Assembly (NCBI GenBank): GCA_031426115.1
Contig: JANPKQ010000182.1
Span: forward strand, 1 to 32,931
Reading direction: 5' to 3'
Source of the DNA: Gemmatimonadaceae bacterium
Lineage (GTDB): Bacteria; Gemmatimonadota; Gemmatimonadetes; Gemmatimonadales; Gemmatimonadaceae
DNA: 32,931 nucleotides
Shown here: positions 13,099-22,555 of the stretch, in pieces
How the letters are laid out: the number at the start of each line of letters is the position of its first letter
Numbering within the stretch: position 1 is the first letter of the stretch
The notes under the pieces: generated by a model
Told to the model about the DNA's origin: nothing
Databases searched by the model: none
Seen by the model: only the letters and a program-made list of their open reading frames with translations
Translations under genes and position numbers: made by a program

Positions 13099-14051
13099 TA
13101 CAGCGCCGGGCCAACCCCGATCGGGCGGTTGATCTTCAACAGGTTGGCGAGCGTAGCTGCGGCTCCGGTGATTGCCGGCGTCCCGGGCAGGCGTCCTGGC
13201 GTCACGGTCGCACCGACGAGGAGCCACGGAATCCGCCGGTCGTCCCCATGCGCGGTGCAGTGCTCGTGAGTCGGCGCGATGCCGGCAACACAGCCGTCTC
13301 CGTGGCCGCCGCCGTGGTCCGCTGTGATCGCGAGTGCCACTTCGCCAGCGGCGATCGCGGGATCGAGCGCCGTGATGAGTCGCGCGAGATGGGCATCCAC
13401 GTCGGCAACCGCCGTGAGATAGGGCGAGGTCAGCGACCCGCCGCCATCGACCCAGCCGGCAGCGTGTCCCGCGGCATCGACGGCGCTGATGTGCACGAAC
13501 AGGATCGTCGGCGCCGAGGCATCCGTGGCGACGCTGATCGCCCCGTCGATGATGCCGGCTGTGGCTTCGGGGGCGGAGATGAGGACGTTGAGCCCGAAGA
13601 ACGACCTGGCCATCTCGATCTGCGAGGGCGGCACCAGCGCACCCCCGATGATGGCGGTGCTCGTGCCGCCCGATGATCGAACCCATTGGAAGATCGACGT
13701 CGCGCCATTCACCAGGAGTGCAATGGCTGCTGTCTCGTCGAGCGCGTTGGTCGTCAGCCCGAGGGTCGTGACATCGCGCCCGGAGAACAGCGAGAGGTGG
13801 CCGGGCACGGTGAGCGACGGCACTACGGTCTGCATGCTGTCGCTCCACTGAGCGCGAGCGCGGAGCGCGGAGAGAGCCGGCATCCGGGCGAGCGCGTCGG
13901 CGCGGAGGCCATCCACCGTCACGAGCACGACGCGGCGCACGGGCGGCTCCCCCGGTTCTGCCGGCGCGATGCCGCACGAGGTCAGAAGCGTGGCCAGGGC
14001 CAGGACACCGATCGGGGGGCGCCGGAGGCGCCGACTGCGGGAGGGAGACAT
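13095..14051 (-). CDS. Alkaline-phosphatase-superfamily type I phosphodiesterase/nucleotide pyrophosphatase, lipoprotein
   Basis: Contains the VVLVTVDGLRADAL metal-binding motif and the lipobox LATLLTSCG. ATG at 14049-14051. Its stop overlaps the NMO stop convergently (cTAG). Confidence 0.8.
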   Translation of the reverse strand: MSPSRSRRLRRPPIGVLALATLLTSCGIAPAEPGEPPVRRVVLVTVDGLRADALARMPALSALRARAQWSDSMQTVVPSLTVPGHLSLFSGRDVTTLGLTTNALDETAAIALLVNGATSIFQWVRSSGGTSTAIIGGALVPPSQIEMARSFFGLNVLISAPEATAGIIDGAISVATDASAPTILFVHISAVDAAGHAAGWVDGGGSLTSPYLTAVADVDAHLARLITALDPAIAAGEVALAITADHGGGHGDGCVAGIAPTHEHCTAHGDDRRIPWLLVGATVTPGRLPGTPAITGAAATLANLLKINRPIGVGPALY

Positions 14052-14346
14052 CGTGGATCAGACGAGACAGAAACCCGCCCCGTCACGCGAGAATCCGGGA
14101 CGATCCCAGCGCGGTGAAGGCTTGTGAGACGTCCCCGCGGAACGCACGTTCTCCCGAACGGGGCGGGCCCCGTCAGGACCGCTTTCCGGTCAGCGCGGGT
14201 GACGCATGTCACGATGCAGTCGGGGGTTGGCGCGCGGCTGAAGTGCGCGACCAGGAAGCGTCCCACTTGGCGCGCGCGCGCGGCGCGGGCGTTGCATGAG
14301 TGGCCGGGAGACACACACCCAGAAATGGCGAGGAGAGCGGTTCATC

Positions 14347-14625
14347 ATGTCGTATCGAACTTTTCTGGATGCAGATGGCGAGGAGTGGCAGGCCTGGGAC
14401 GTGTTTCCCAGCACCGATGTCCGGCGCACGCTCGTCGGGGGCTGGCTTACCTTCCAGTCGCAACGGGAGAAGCGGCGCCTCGCGCCCGTTCCGCTCTACT
14501 GGATGAGCGCCGACGAGGAAGAGCTCCGACGCCTGCTGCGATCCGCCAAGCCGGCGGTCGAGCGCACGGGCGCGCGTGCGGAAATGCCGAACGACACCCC
14601 GTTGGAGATTCCGCCCGCTCCCTGA
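14347..14625 (+). CDS. Small hypothetical protein (92 aa)
   Basis: ATG 14347 (MSYRTFLDADGEEWQAWDV...) is preceded by the SD GGAGAG about 9 nt upstream. GC3 is moderately high. No family recognised. Confidence 0.35.
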   Translation: MSYRTFLDADGEEWQAWDVFPSTDVRRTLVGGWLTFQSQREKRRLAPVPLYWMSADEEELRRLLRSAKPAVERTGARAEMPNDTPLEIPPAP

Positions 14626-14802
14626 CGGTCAACGGGGCAATTTCCTCGACTCGGGACGAGGGGGCGCCGAGCGCTCGAGACGTGCGCTCCGAGGCGGCAG
14701 CATCGACGTTCACAACTCCTGCAACTGCGAACACGGTCAGCGGCCCGAGAGCCGCGCGGTGCAGTGCGAAGTCGGAAGGGAGCGCGTGGCTCGCTCTGGA
14801 CC

Positions 14803-14836
14803 GTCGAGACTCGCGGCGGCGTCAGCGAGTCTCGAC
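14803..14836 (-). terminator. Hairpin gtcgagactcgc-N10-gcgagtctcgac (12-bp perfect stem) 9 nt downstream of the rpsU stop
   Basis: Read directly. No U-tract, as is common in high-GC genomes. Confidence 0.4.
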
Positions 14837-14844
14837 GAGCGGAA

Positions 14845-15033
14845 CTACGGGCGCGCGGCGGTGCGCTTGCGGCGACGAGCGGCGGCGGCCTTGAGCTGGC
14901 GAGCTTCGCTCGGCTTCACATAATGCCGCCGGCGCCGAAGATCCTTGAGGATCCCGGCCTTGAGCAGCTTCTTCTTGAAAACCTTGAGCGCCCAGTCGAG
15001 CCGATCGTTCTCGTCGAGCTTCACTTCGATCAT
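14845..15033 (-). CDS. rpsU: 30S ribosomal protein S21
   Basis: MIEVKLDENDRLDWALKVFKKKLLKAGILKDLRRRRHYVKPSEARQLK has the S21 signature and is followed by a basic tail. 62 aa. Confidence 0.9.
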   Translation of the reverse strand: MIEVKLDENDRLDWALKVFKKKLLKAGILKDLRRRRHYVKPSEARQLKAAAARRRKRTAARP

Positions 15034-15157
15034 TGTGATACCGGAGAAGGAGTTGCCGTGATTCCGCGGGTGCTGCGAGAGAAGCGAACAGCCGGATCGA
15101 TGTGACTCGACCCGGCTGTCGTGCCGTGGCAGAAGTTATCTGCCGCGGCCGGCTACG

Positions 15158-15370
15158 TCAGCCGCCCAGCTTCGTGACGTTCTCGGCGGCAGGACCCTTC
15201 TGGCCCTGCACGATGTCGAACTCGACGCGCTCGCCTTCGGCGAGGGTCTTGAAGCCACTGCCCTGGATGGCAGAGTGGTGAACGAAGCAGTCCTTCTGGC
15301 CGTTCTCGGGCGTGATGAAACCAAAGCCCTTCGCGTCATTGAACCACTTCACTTTGCCGGTCGTACGCAT
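15158..15370 (-). CDS. Cold-shock protein, CspA family
   Basis: [31 protein letters not shown] contains the RNP1/RNP2 motifs. 70 aa. SD AGGGG upstream. Confidence 0.95.
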   Translation of the reverse strand: MRTTGKVKWFNDAKGFGFITPENGQKDCFVHHSAIQGSGFKTLAEGERVEFDIVQGQKGPAAENVTKLGG

Positions 15371-15763
15371 TCTGTACCCCTGATCAAGAAATTGTTGTTC
15401 GGAGTCCGGTAACGCCGTACAGACCGTGGGTCCGTGCTGACGCGATGTGCCGCGCTCCTGTGCTGAAGGGCGATATGCCCATCAGCGTGGCGATGCCATG
15501 AATAGAAAAGAGGCCCGCGAAAACCAGGCCCCTAATGTCTTCATCGGAACTTGTCCACGCTCAAAGCGTGCATCGCCGTCATAACGGTAGTACGATCGGG
15601 CCCGGAATGCAAGAGGAGTTTTGGGAGGATTTCAGGGGCTCCCGGAGCAGCCGCGGCGGCGGGTTCGCGACAGGCGCCGATCAATTCAGTTGGCAGCTCA
15701 TAACATGTTGCTATAAAACAACTTGGCAATACCGCAAATGCGCCACCGCTGAGTTGCCGCGCT

Positions 15764-15896
15764 GAGAACTGACAACTGTGAACTGACAACCGTTCACTTT
15801 CGTTTTTCGACTTCCGATCCACCCCGGATGGTTTGGCGGATGGATCATGAGCGGGAAACGAAGTGAACGGTGGTCAGTTAACAGTTTTCAGTTCTC
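15764..15896. terminator. Large imperfect inverted repeat (39-nt arms 15764-15802 and 15859-15896, 35/39 matching) immediately 3' of the GlsB-family gene
   Basis: The left arm is gagaactgacaactgtgaactgacaaccgttcactttcg. The reverse complement of the right arm is gagaactgaaaactgttaactgaccaccgttcacttcg. The arms flank a 56-nt spacer. The region has lower GC. Confidence 0.6.
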
Positions 15897-15910
15897 GGTT
15901 CCCGGAGCCG

Positions 15911-16162
15911 TCAGGACTTCCGGCGGACCAGCCGGATGATGAACAGCAGCACCACCGCGCCGACGAAGGCAACGAAAATCGTCCCCGCCAGACCGGCGAA
16001 GGGAGTCCCCACCCCGAGCGTGGCAAAAATCCACCCGCCGATGAATGCGCCAACGATGCCGATGATGATGTCGCCGATGATGCCGAACCCTCCGCCCATC
16101 ACGAACGAGGCAAGCACACCGGCGATGAGGCCGACGATGATCCACCAGAGCAGTCCGTCCAT
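15911..16162 (-). CDS. GlsB/YeaQ/YmgE-family stress-response membrane protein (transglycosylase-associated)
   Basis: MDGLLWWIIVGLIAGVLASFVMGGGFGIIGDIIIGIVGAFIGGWIF fits the family consensus. Start placed at ATG 16162, which follows the SD GGGGGA. The ORF extends to 16186. Confidence 0.85.
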   Translation of the reverse strand: MDGLLWWIIVGLIAGVLASFVMGGGFGIIGDIIIGIVGAFIGGWIFATLGVGTPFAGLAGTIFVAFVGAVVLLFIIRLVRRKS

Positions 16163-16343
16163 GTGTCCCCCATGCGTCATGGTCAACTTCGCGAGATAGG
16201 TCGAGCGGTCGCAACTCGCATGCCCCAGACCCGTGGACTGTTGCCCACGGCTCCGCGCTTGACTTCACTTCACGGTTCGGATTGTCTCCGATCCGGCGTC
16301 CGCCGCGCGGATGCCGCCACTTTTACCCACGGGATGGAGAGTC

Positions 16344-17243
16344 ATGCAGCTCGCGATGATCGGACTTGGCCGCATGGGCGGCAACATGGTCGAGCGCCTC
16401 ATCAAGGGCGGCCATGAGCTCGTCGTCTGGGATCGGAGCGCCGACGCCATCGGCAAGTCCGTCGAGGATGGCGCAAAGGCGGCGCGCGATCTCGCCGATG
16501 TCTGCGCAAAGCTCCGGTCGCCGCGCATCATCTGGATCATGGTGCCCGCCGGTGCACCGGTGGACGAGACGATCGCAGCGCTGCGCCCGAACCTCTCGAA
16601 GGGCGACATTCTCATCGATGGCGGCAACTCCAACTTCCACGACACGATGCGTCGCGCGGAGGAGCTGCGCTCGAGCGGCATGGAGTTCGTGGACTGCGGC
16701 ACCAGCGGCGGCATCTGGGGGCTCGCCAACGGCTACTGCCTCATGGTCGGAGCAAGCCCATCGGCGTTCGCGACCTGCGAGCCGATCTTCCGGACGCTCG
16801 CGCCCGAATCCGGCTTCGCGCATGTCGGCCCGTCGGGAGCAGGCCACTACGTGAAGATGATCCACAACGGCATCGAGTACGGAATGCTCCAGGCGTACGC
16901 GGAGGGATACGAGATCCTGCACGCATCGAAGAGCTTCGATCTCGACCTGCACCAGATCGCGGCGGTCTGGAACCGCGGCAGCGTCGTCCGCTCGTGGCTC
17001 AACGAGCTTGCGGAACGCGCCTTCGCGAAGGAAGCGGACCTCGAATCACTCAAGGGCTTCGTCGGCGACTCGGGCGAGGGGCGGTGGACGGTGCAGGAGG
17101 CAATCGACATCGATGTCCCCGCACCGGTCATCACGCTGTCGCTCCTCACTCGCCTTCGCTCGCGGCAGCCCGACTCCTTCTCGGCGAAAGTCATCGCGGC
17201 GCTGCGGAACGAGTTCGGCGGCCACGCAGTGCAATCGAAATGA
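16344..17243 (+). CDS. gnd: 6-phosphogluconate dehydrogenase (decarboxylating), short (about 300 aa) form
   Basis: [19 protein letters not shown] contains the NADP GxGxxG motif. [19 protein letters not shown] is the 6PGDH signature. SD GGAGAG upstream. Confidence 0.88.
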   Translation: MQLAMIGLGRMGGNMVERLIKGGHELVVWDRSADAIGKSVEDGAKAARDLADVCAKLRSPRIIWIMVPAGAPVDETIAALRPNLSKGDILIDGGNSNFHDTMRRAEELRSSGMEFVDCGTSGGIWGLANGYCLMVGASPSAFATCEPIFRTLAPESGFAHVGPSGAGHYVKMIHNGIEYGMLQAYAEGYEILHASKSFDLDLHQIAAVWNRGSVVRSWLNELAERAFAKEADLESLKGFVGDSGEGRWTVQEAIDIDVPAPVITLSLLTRLRSRQPDSFSAKVIAALRNEFGGHAVQSK

Positions 17244-18841
17244 CGGAGATGGCAGCGACGCACCCGCTCGCGATCACCGCGCGGCCGACGGAGACGCCGT
17301 CGGTACGACGCTCGCCGGAACGGGCGGATCCGTGCACGGCCATCATCCTCGGTGCCGCCGGGGACCTGACGAAGCGGAAGCTGCTGCCGGCCCTGTACCA
17401 GCTCGCGAAGGAGGACCTGCTCTCCCCGGACTTCCGTGTGCTCGGGATCTCCCGCGAGCCGCTCGGGACCGATGGCTTCCGCGCGCTGATGCGGACGGCG
17501 ATCGAGCAGTCGGATGAGATCGTGGGCGGCCTCGACGAGAAGGTGTGGGAGGCACTCGTCGGGAAGCTGCATTACGTCGCGGCCGATCTCACGGACGTTG
17601 CCGCCTATGAGGCGGTGAGCGCGCAGCTCCGCGAGCTCGAGCACGGACTGCCACCGGCGAAGACGAACCGGCTCTTCTATCTCGCCGTCCCGCCCAGCGT
17701 ATTCGAGGCCGCGGTGCGCGCGCTGTCGGCGAGCGGCCTCGCGCCGCGGACGACCGACCCGACGGCCTGCCCCTGGGTGCGGGTGGTCATCGAGAAGCCC
17801 TTCGGCCGAAGCCTCGAGACGGCGCGACAGCTCAATGCGCTCGTGCTCGAGCTGCTCGCCGAGCATCAGGTCTATCGCATCGATCACTACCTCGGCAAGG
17901 AGACGGTCCAGAACATCCTCGTGCTGCGCTTCGCGAATTCGATCTTCGAGCCGCTGTGGAATCGGCAGAACATCGCGAACGTGCAGATCACGGCCGCCGA
18001 AACGGTCGGGGTGGGCACGCGCGGCAAGTATTACGAGGAGGCCGGCGTCGTTCGCGACATGTTCCAGAACCACCTGTTGCAGCTCCTGACGCTGACGGCG
18101 ATGGAGCCGCCGGTGGAGATGAGCGCGGACGCCGTGCGCGACGAGAAGGTGAAGGTGCTGCGCTCCGTGCGATGGCTGACGCCGGAGATGATTCCCAACG
18201 ATGCGGTGCGGGCGCAGTACGTCGCCGGCCGGATGGAGGGGACGACGGTGCCCGGATTCCTCGAGGAGCAGAACGTCAATCCCGAGTCAATGACGCCGAC
18301 GTTCGCGGCGCTGCGGCTGCACGTCGACAACTGGCGATGGAAGGGAGTGCCGTTCTATCTCCGCTCGGGGAAGCGGATGCCGAAGCGGGTGTCGGAGATC
18401 GCGATCCAGTTCCGGGCGCCGCCACTGTTGATGTTCGGGCACGGGACGCGCGCGCACATGAACGCGAACGTGCTCGTGATGCGGGTGCAGCCCAACGAGA
18501 GTATCTCGCTGCGATTCGAGGTGAAGGTGCCGGGTGCGGCCGTGGCGCTCGAGCCGACGATCCAGGTGACGCCGGTGGACATGGAGTTCACCTATGCGGA
18601 TGCGTTCGGCTCGACGGTGTCGCCGGCGTACGAGACGCTGCTCCTCGATGTCATGGTGGGTGATGCGACGCTGTTCACGCGGAGCGATGAAGTCGAGGCG
18701 GCGTGGAAGGTGACGGATCCGCTGCTCGATTACTGGGAGAAGAACCCGCCGTCGCGGATGCCGCTGTACAAGGCGGGGAGCTGGGGTCCGCCGGACGCGG
18801 ACGAGCTTCTCATGGAGGGGTTCCGCTGGCGGGAGCCGTAG
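17240..18841 (+). CDS. zwf: Glucose-6-phosphate 1-dehydrogenase
   Basis: Contains [30 protein letters not shown] and [15 protein letters not shown]. Its ATG overlaps the gnd stop (ATGA). Confidence 0.95.
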   Translation: MTEMAATHPLAITARPTETPSVRRSPERADPCTAIILGAAGDLTKRKLLPALYQLAKEDLLSPDFRVLGISREPLGTDGFRALMRTAIEQSDEIVGGLDEKVWEALVGKLHYVAADLTDVAAYEAVSAQLRELEHGLPPAKTNRLFYLAVPPSVFEAAVRALSASGLAPRTTDPTACPWVRVVIEKPFGRSLETARQLNALVLELLAEHQVYRIDHYLGKETVQNILVLRFANSIFEPLWNRQNIANVQITAAETVGVGTRGKYYEEAGVVRDMFQNHLLQLLTLTAMEPPVEMSADAVRDEKVKVLRSVRWLTPEMIPNDAVRAQYVAGRMEGTTVPGFLEEQNVNPESMTPTFAALRLHVDNWRWKGVPFYLRSGKRMPKRVSEIAIQFRAPPLLMFGHGTRAHMNANVLVMRVQPNESISLRFEVKVPGAAVALEPTIQVTPVDMEFTYADAFGSTVSPAYETLLLDVMVGDATLFTRSDEVEAAWKVTDPLLDYWEKNPPSRMPLYKAGSWGPPDADELLMEGFRWREP

Positions 18842-18887
18842 CCGCGAAGCTGGAAGTACGACTGGGTTGTCGAGTTCGATAATGTCG

Positions 18888-19436
18888 TTAGCGACGATTC
18901 TCCTCGCCATTGGTCGAATCCCACAATCTCTCGGAAAGGCGCGCCGAGTACACGATCGCAAGCACGTCCGCAACCTCGGTCGAATCCTGGGTGCTGGCGT
19001 GTAGCGACAGATGTCGATCGCGATCGACCTCGCCCCAGTACACCGTCACGAACCATCGGGGTGGGTCTGAAAGTGACGAGGCTCGACGAGTGATTTGAGA
19101 GAACAGAATCGCGCGTCGGCCACCAATGTGCGCGTCGCATTGTGCCGAGCGGGTTGAATGCACTCGATAGGGTCCGTAGCGCAGCTGAACGAGGTTCGAG
19201 TCCGTTCCATAGGTCAGAGTCGTTCCCTCGCGACTGATGGCTGCCCCCAGGTCAGAATAGTGCGGAGGGATCCGAAACGATACGGCCGACGTCGTGATCG
19301 CACGCCACCCAGTGGTGGACACTATTGGCGGCGCGCTGCATGGCTCCAGCGGCTCGCCCGACGCACAGCCGGCCAGGCTGAGGGCGAGCAGGCATCGGCG
19401 AGCCGACCAAAACCGTACCGCTCCATTCGTGGGCAT
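18888..19436 (-). CDS. Hypothetical lipoprotein in a lower-GC patch
   Basis: Signal peptide plus lipobox LSLAGCAS. No family recognised. GC content and codon usage differ from neighbouring genes. Confidence 0.45.
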   Translation of the reverse strand: MPTNGAVRFWSARRCLLALSLAGCASGEPLEPCSAPPIVSTTGWRAITTSAVSFRIPPHYSDLGAAISREGTTLTYGTDSNLVQLRYGPYRVHSTRSAQCDAHIGGRRAILFSQITRRASSLSDPPRWFVTVYWGEVDRDRHLSLHASTQDSTEVADVLAIVYSARLSERLWDSTNGEENRR

Positions 19437-19845
19437 GAACGCACCCCAAGCGCCTTGGAACGGCTAGTCCGCTGGCGTCAATTGGTCAATGAAGAAGCGA
19501 TTCACGGATGCTTCAGGAGGTGGGCAAAAAGTTACACAGCGTGTGCCGTTGCTCAAGCGATCAACGCGCTTTCCCGAGAACGCTTTCCTCACCGCCTCGG
19601 ACTTCCCTCGGGTTGGAGCGTCGACCCATGACGAGCGGACGACGAGCGACCTCTTCCATAAGAATGCCGAAGTTCAGTCCGCCAGTGCGCGAATCCGTGC
19701 CGAGCATCACCAAACATTGCATTTCCGCGCGGAAAAATGTGCAGAAGTCGGTGACTGAAATCACAAAATTGACAACGCCGGTACGCTTCTGGCAATGTGT
19801 GCAATCGCTACCACGACATAACCTTGCAAACGCCGGAGTCACGGT

Positions 19846-20517
19846 ATGAACGGACCACTCAAGAGCATTTTCGTCGGGCTTCTCGTCGCCCCGCTGGCGG
19901 CTGGATGTGCGACGAAGGGCGCCCTCAGGCGCGCAGTTGAAGGCGAGCGGCTTGCGCGAGCACAGGCCGACAGCATGCAGATGCGCGATCTTCAGGCGGT
20001 GCGGATGGACGTCGACGGCGTCCGCTCCGAAGTCACGACACTTCGCGGCGACCTCGCCGCGCTGCGGTCGGAGCTCCAGACGCTGCGCACGGATTTCAGC
20101 GCGAAGATCACGGCGGTCGAGGAAGGCATGCAATTCATGCTTCCCGTGAACTTCGGGTTCGATGACGCGAGCGTTCGGCCCGAGGATGTTCCGACGCTGG
20201 ACCGCTTCGCGTCGGTCGTCCGCAAGTACTACCCGACGTCGCGCGTGACGGTCGAGGGCTTCGCTGATCCTGCGGGCTCGGCGACGTACAACCGCATGCT
20301 CTCCGAGCGTCGTGCCGAGGCCGTTCGCGGCCACCTTGCCCAGACGGGCCTCGATGCATCGCTTGTCCGTGCGATCGGCTATGGCGAAACCCGCCAGGTC
20401 GTTCCGGGCGCTGAGCGTGACGAGTCGGGCGCGCAGATGAATCGCCGCGTCGTATTCGTCATCGAAAGCAAGGATGCCGCAGCGATCATCGCCGCGATGG
20501 ACGGCATCGTTCGGTAA
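19846..20517 (+). CDS. OmpA-family lipoprotein (coiled-coil N-terminal region plus OmpA/MotB peptidoglycan-binding C-terminal domain)
   Basis: Lipobox LAAGCA. OmpA-like motifs VEGFADPAGSATYNRMLSERRAEAV and NRRVVFV. Confidence 0.85.
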   Translation: MNGPLKSIFVGLLVAPLAAGCATKGALRRAVEGERLARAQADSMQMRDLQAVRMDVDGVRSEVTTLRGDLAALRSELQTLRTDFSAKITAVEEGMQFMLPVNFGFDDASVRPEDVPTLDRFASVVRKYYPTSRVTVEGFADPAGSATYNRMLSERRAEAVRGHLAQTGLDASLVRAIGYGETRQVVPGAERDESGAQMNRRVVFVIESKDAAAIIAAMDGIVR

Positions 20518-20538
20518 CGTCGTTCGGATGTTGTAGAG

Positions 20539-20572
20539 CGCGGGGCAGATCACTCTGCCCCGCGTTTTTTTT
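20539..20572 (+). terminator. Rho-independent terminator (10-bp stem cgcggggcag/ctgccccgcg, loop atcact, then T8)
   Basis: Read directly. It starts 21 nt after the OmpA-family stop, and the T-run abuts MITE copy 2. Confidence 0.8.
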
Positions 20573-20835
20573 ACTGACCGCGACTACGCACGCATGGGCA
20601 CTGCTTACTGCGCACGTACTTCGTACGGAGTACCTGGCACACACCGCCGGAGCGGACCTGCAACGGCAGGCGGAAGGACCAGGCGGAAATCGGGAACGGC
20701 GGACTGAGGTGCCAACCCGGTACTGTCAGCGATGAACTCCATCGCCGGGCGAAGGGCGGTTCCAAACCGTACGAAGTAGCCCGTTCGCAGTACGTGCGCA
20801 GTAAGCAGTGCTGATCCGTACGTAGTGCGGTCAGT
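20573..20835. mobile_element. MITE-like element, copy 2 (263 bp; same termini as copies 1 and 3, different internal sequence)
   Basis: It starts tactgaccgcgactacgcacgc and ends gtacgtgcgcagtaagcagtgctgatccgtacgtagtgcggtcagta. A TA is present at both boundaries (ttTA|CTGAC ... GTCAG|TAaa). Confidence 0.75.
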
Positions 20836-20910
20836 AAAGCTGGCATGGGCTCTGCCACCGTTAGCGGCACGATAAATCCACGCCTGCTCCCGCCCGCACC
20901 GAGCCCAGCC

Positions 20911-22446
20911 ATGCACAGCGATTCCGGCGACACCGTCTCCCTCTGGATGGCGACGGCCGACATGCCATCGTATCCGCCGCTCACCGAGAACGCGACCGCC
21001 GATGTCTGCATCGTGGGCGCGGGGATCGCCGGGATGACGACGGCGTACATGCTGACACAGGCGGGACGCAGCGTCGTCGTCCTCGATGATGGACCGGTGG
21101 GCGGCGGCGAGACGGGCCGGACGACCGCGCACATCGCCAACGCGATGGACGACCGCTTCCACCGCCTCGAGCAGCTGCACGGCGAAGAGGGATCGCGCAT
21201 CGCGGCGGCGAGCCACGGCGCGGCAATCGACCGCATCGAGGCAATCGTACGCGCCGAGGGGATCGACTGCGCCTTCGAGCGCGTCGATGGCTATCTCTTT
21301 CTTGGCGGGGACGACAAGGAGGAAGAGCTCGCGCGGGAGCTCGAGGCAACGCATCGCGCCGGCCTCACCGACGTCGAGCCCCTCGATCGCATCCCGAAGC
21401 TGCCATTCGACTCCGGACCCTGCCTGCGCTTTCCGCGGCAGGCACAGTTTCATCCCCTCGCGTATCTCGCCGCGCTCGCGCGCATCGTGACGCGGAACGG
21501 CGGGAAGATTCACACGGGCTCACACGTGGCCGGGTTCGAAGCGAAGCCGCGCCGCCCGCAGGTGAAGACGAGCGACAAGAAGACGGTGACCGCCGACGCC
21601 GTGGTGTTCGCGACCAACAGCCCGATCAATGATTGGGTGAAGATGCACACCAAGCAGGCGCCGTATCGCTCCTTCGTCATCGGCGCCCGCATTCCGCGCG
21701 GTTCGGTGCCGAAGGGGTTGTACTGGGACACGCCCGACCCGTACCACTACATCCGTATCCAGGCCGACGTCGGTGGCTCCGATGTACTGCTCGTCGGCGG
21801 CGAGGACCACAAGACGGGCCAGAAGGACGATGCTCCCGAGCGGTTTGCGCGCCTCGAGGCGTGGACCCGCCAGCGGTTCCCAATGGTGCAGAGCGTCGAC
21901 TATCGCTGGTCGGGCCAGGTGATGGAACCGGTGGACCACATGGGATTCATCGGGCGCAATCCCGGGAGTGATGGAAAGAACGTCTATATCGCCACCGGCG
22001 ATTCGGGACAGGGGATGACCCACGGCACCATCGCCGGCATCCTCATCACCGACCTCATCGTCGGCCGGGAGAACGCGTGGGAGTCCCTCTACGACCCCTC
22101 ACGCATCTCGCTCAAGTCGGGGATGGAGTTCGCGAAGGAGAACCTCAACGTCGCGGCGCAGTTTCGCGATTACGTCACGCCGGGCGACGTCGCATCGCCG
22201 GATGAGATCCCGCCCGGAACGGGCGCGGTCATCCGCCGTGGCCGGCACAAGGTTGCTGTCTACCGCGATGACTCGGGCACGGTGCACGAACGCTCCGCCG
22301 TCTGCACGCATCTCTACTGCATCGTGGACTGGAACTCGACGGAGAAGACCTGGGATTGCCCCTGTCACGGCTCGCGCTTCGACCCGCTCGGCAAGGTCGT
22401 GAACGGACCCGCGATCGCTCCGCTCGCAGAGATCGAGGAGGAATAG
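20911..22446 (+). CDS. FAD-dependent oxidoreductase (DAO-like) fused to a C-terminal Rieske [2Fe-2S] domain
   Basis: N-terminal DVCIVGAGIAGMTTAY dinucleotide motif. C-terminal CTHLYC...CPCHGSRF Rieske ligands. Start placed at ATG 20911 (MHSDSG). The ORF opens at 20845, immediately after the MITE. Confidence 0.8.
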   Translation: MHSDSGDTVSLWMATADMPSYPPLTENATADVCIVGAGIAGMTTAYMLTQAGRSVVVLDDGPVGGGETGRTTAHIANAMDDRFHRLEQLHGEEGSRIAAASHGAAIDRIEAIVRAEGIDCAFERVDGYLFLGGDDKEEELARELEATHRAGLTDVEPLDRIPKLPFDSGPCLRFPRQAQFHPLAYLAALARIVTRNGGKIHTGSHVAGFEAKPRRPQVKTSDKKTVTADAVVFATNSPINDWVKMHTKQAPYRSFVIGARIPRGSVPKGLYWDTPDPYHYIRIQADVGGSDVLLVGGEDHKTGQKDDAPERFARLEAWTRQRFPMVQSVDYRWSGQVMEPVDHMGFIGRNPGSDGKNVYIATGDSGQGMTHGTIAGILITDLIVGRENAWESLYDPSRISLKSGMEFAKENLNVAAQFRDYVTPGDVASPDEIPPGTGAVIRRGRHKVAVYRDDSGTVHERSAVCTHLYCIVDWNSTEKTWDCPCHGSRFDPLGKVVNGPAIAPLAEIEEE

Positions 22447-22555
22447 CGGGGGCCGGCGCGCCTGCCATGGCGTCGGCGTGCGCATCGCGCCAACGTACAG
22501 CCCCGCGCGTCGAGGCCTCGACGGTGATGCGGCGTCCCCAGTCCTTTCGCTGACC

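Noticed and set aside
14195-14208. GTGAC-N4-GTCAC inverted repeat upstream of the small ORF
   Set aside because: The arms are short (5 bp). Nothing distinguishes it from chance in 33 kb of GC-rich DNA.
19175-19203. A tRNA gene (GTAGCGCAGCTG plus GGTTCGAGTCC motifs)
   Set aside because: No anticodon arm is present and the acceptor and T stems do not pair. At most it is a relic or coincidence.
19489-19758. An 89-aa + strand ORF in the lower-GC gap
   Set aside because: GC3 is only about 60% versus more than 80% for the real genes here. There is no SD and no motifs. It is kept in mind only as a possible foreign small gene.
19768-19800. A sigma-54 promoter (TGGCAATGTGTGCAAT) and a TTGACA -35 upstream of the OmpA-family gene
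   Set aside because: GG-to-GC spacing is 2 nt short of the -24/-12 consensus. The TTGACA has no acceptable -10 at 16-18 nt.
19561-20553. A 330-aa minus-strand ORF
   Set aside because: It is antisense to the OmpA-family CDS, which has clear motifs and a lipobox.
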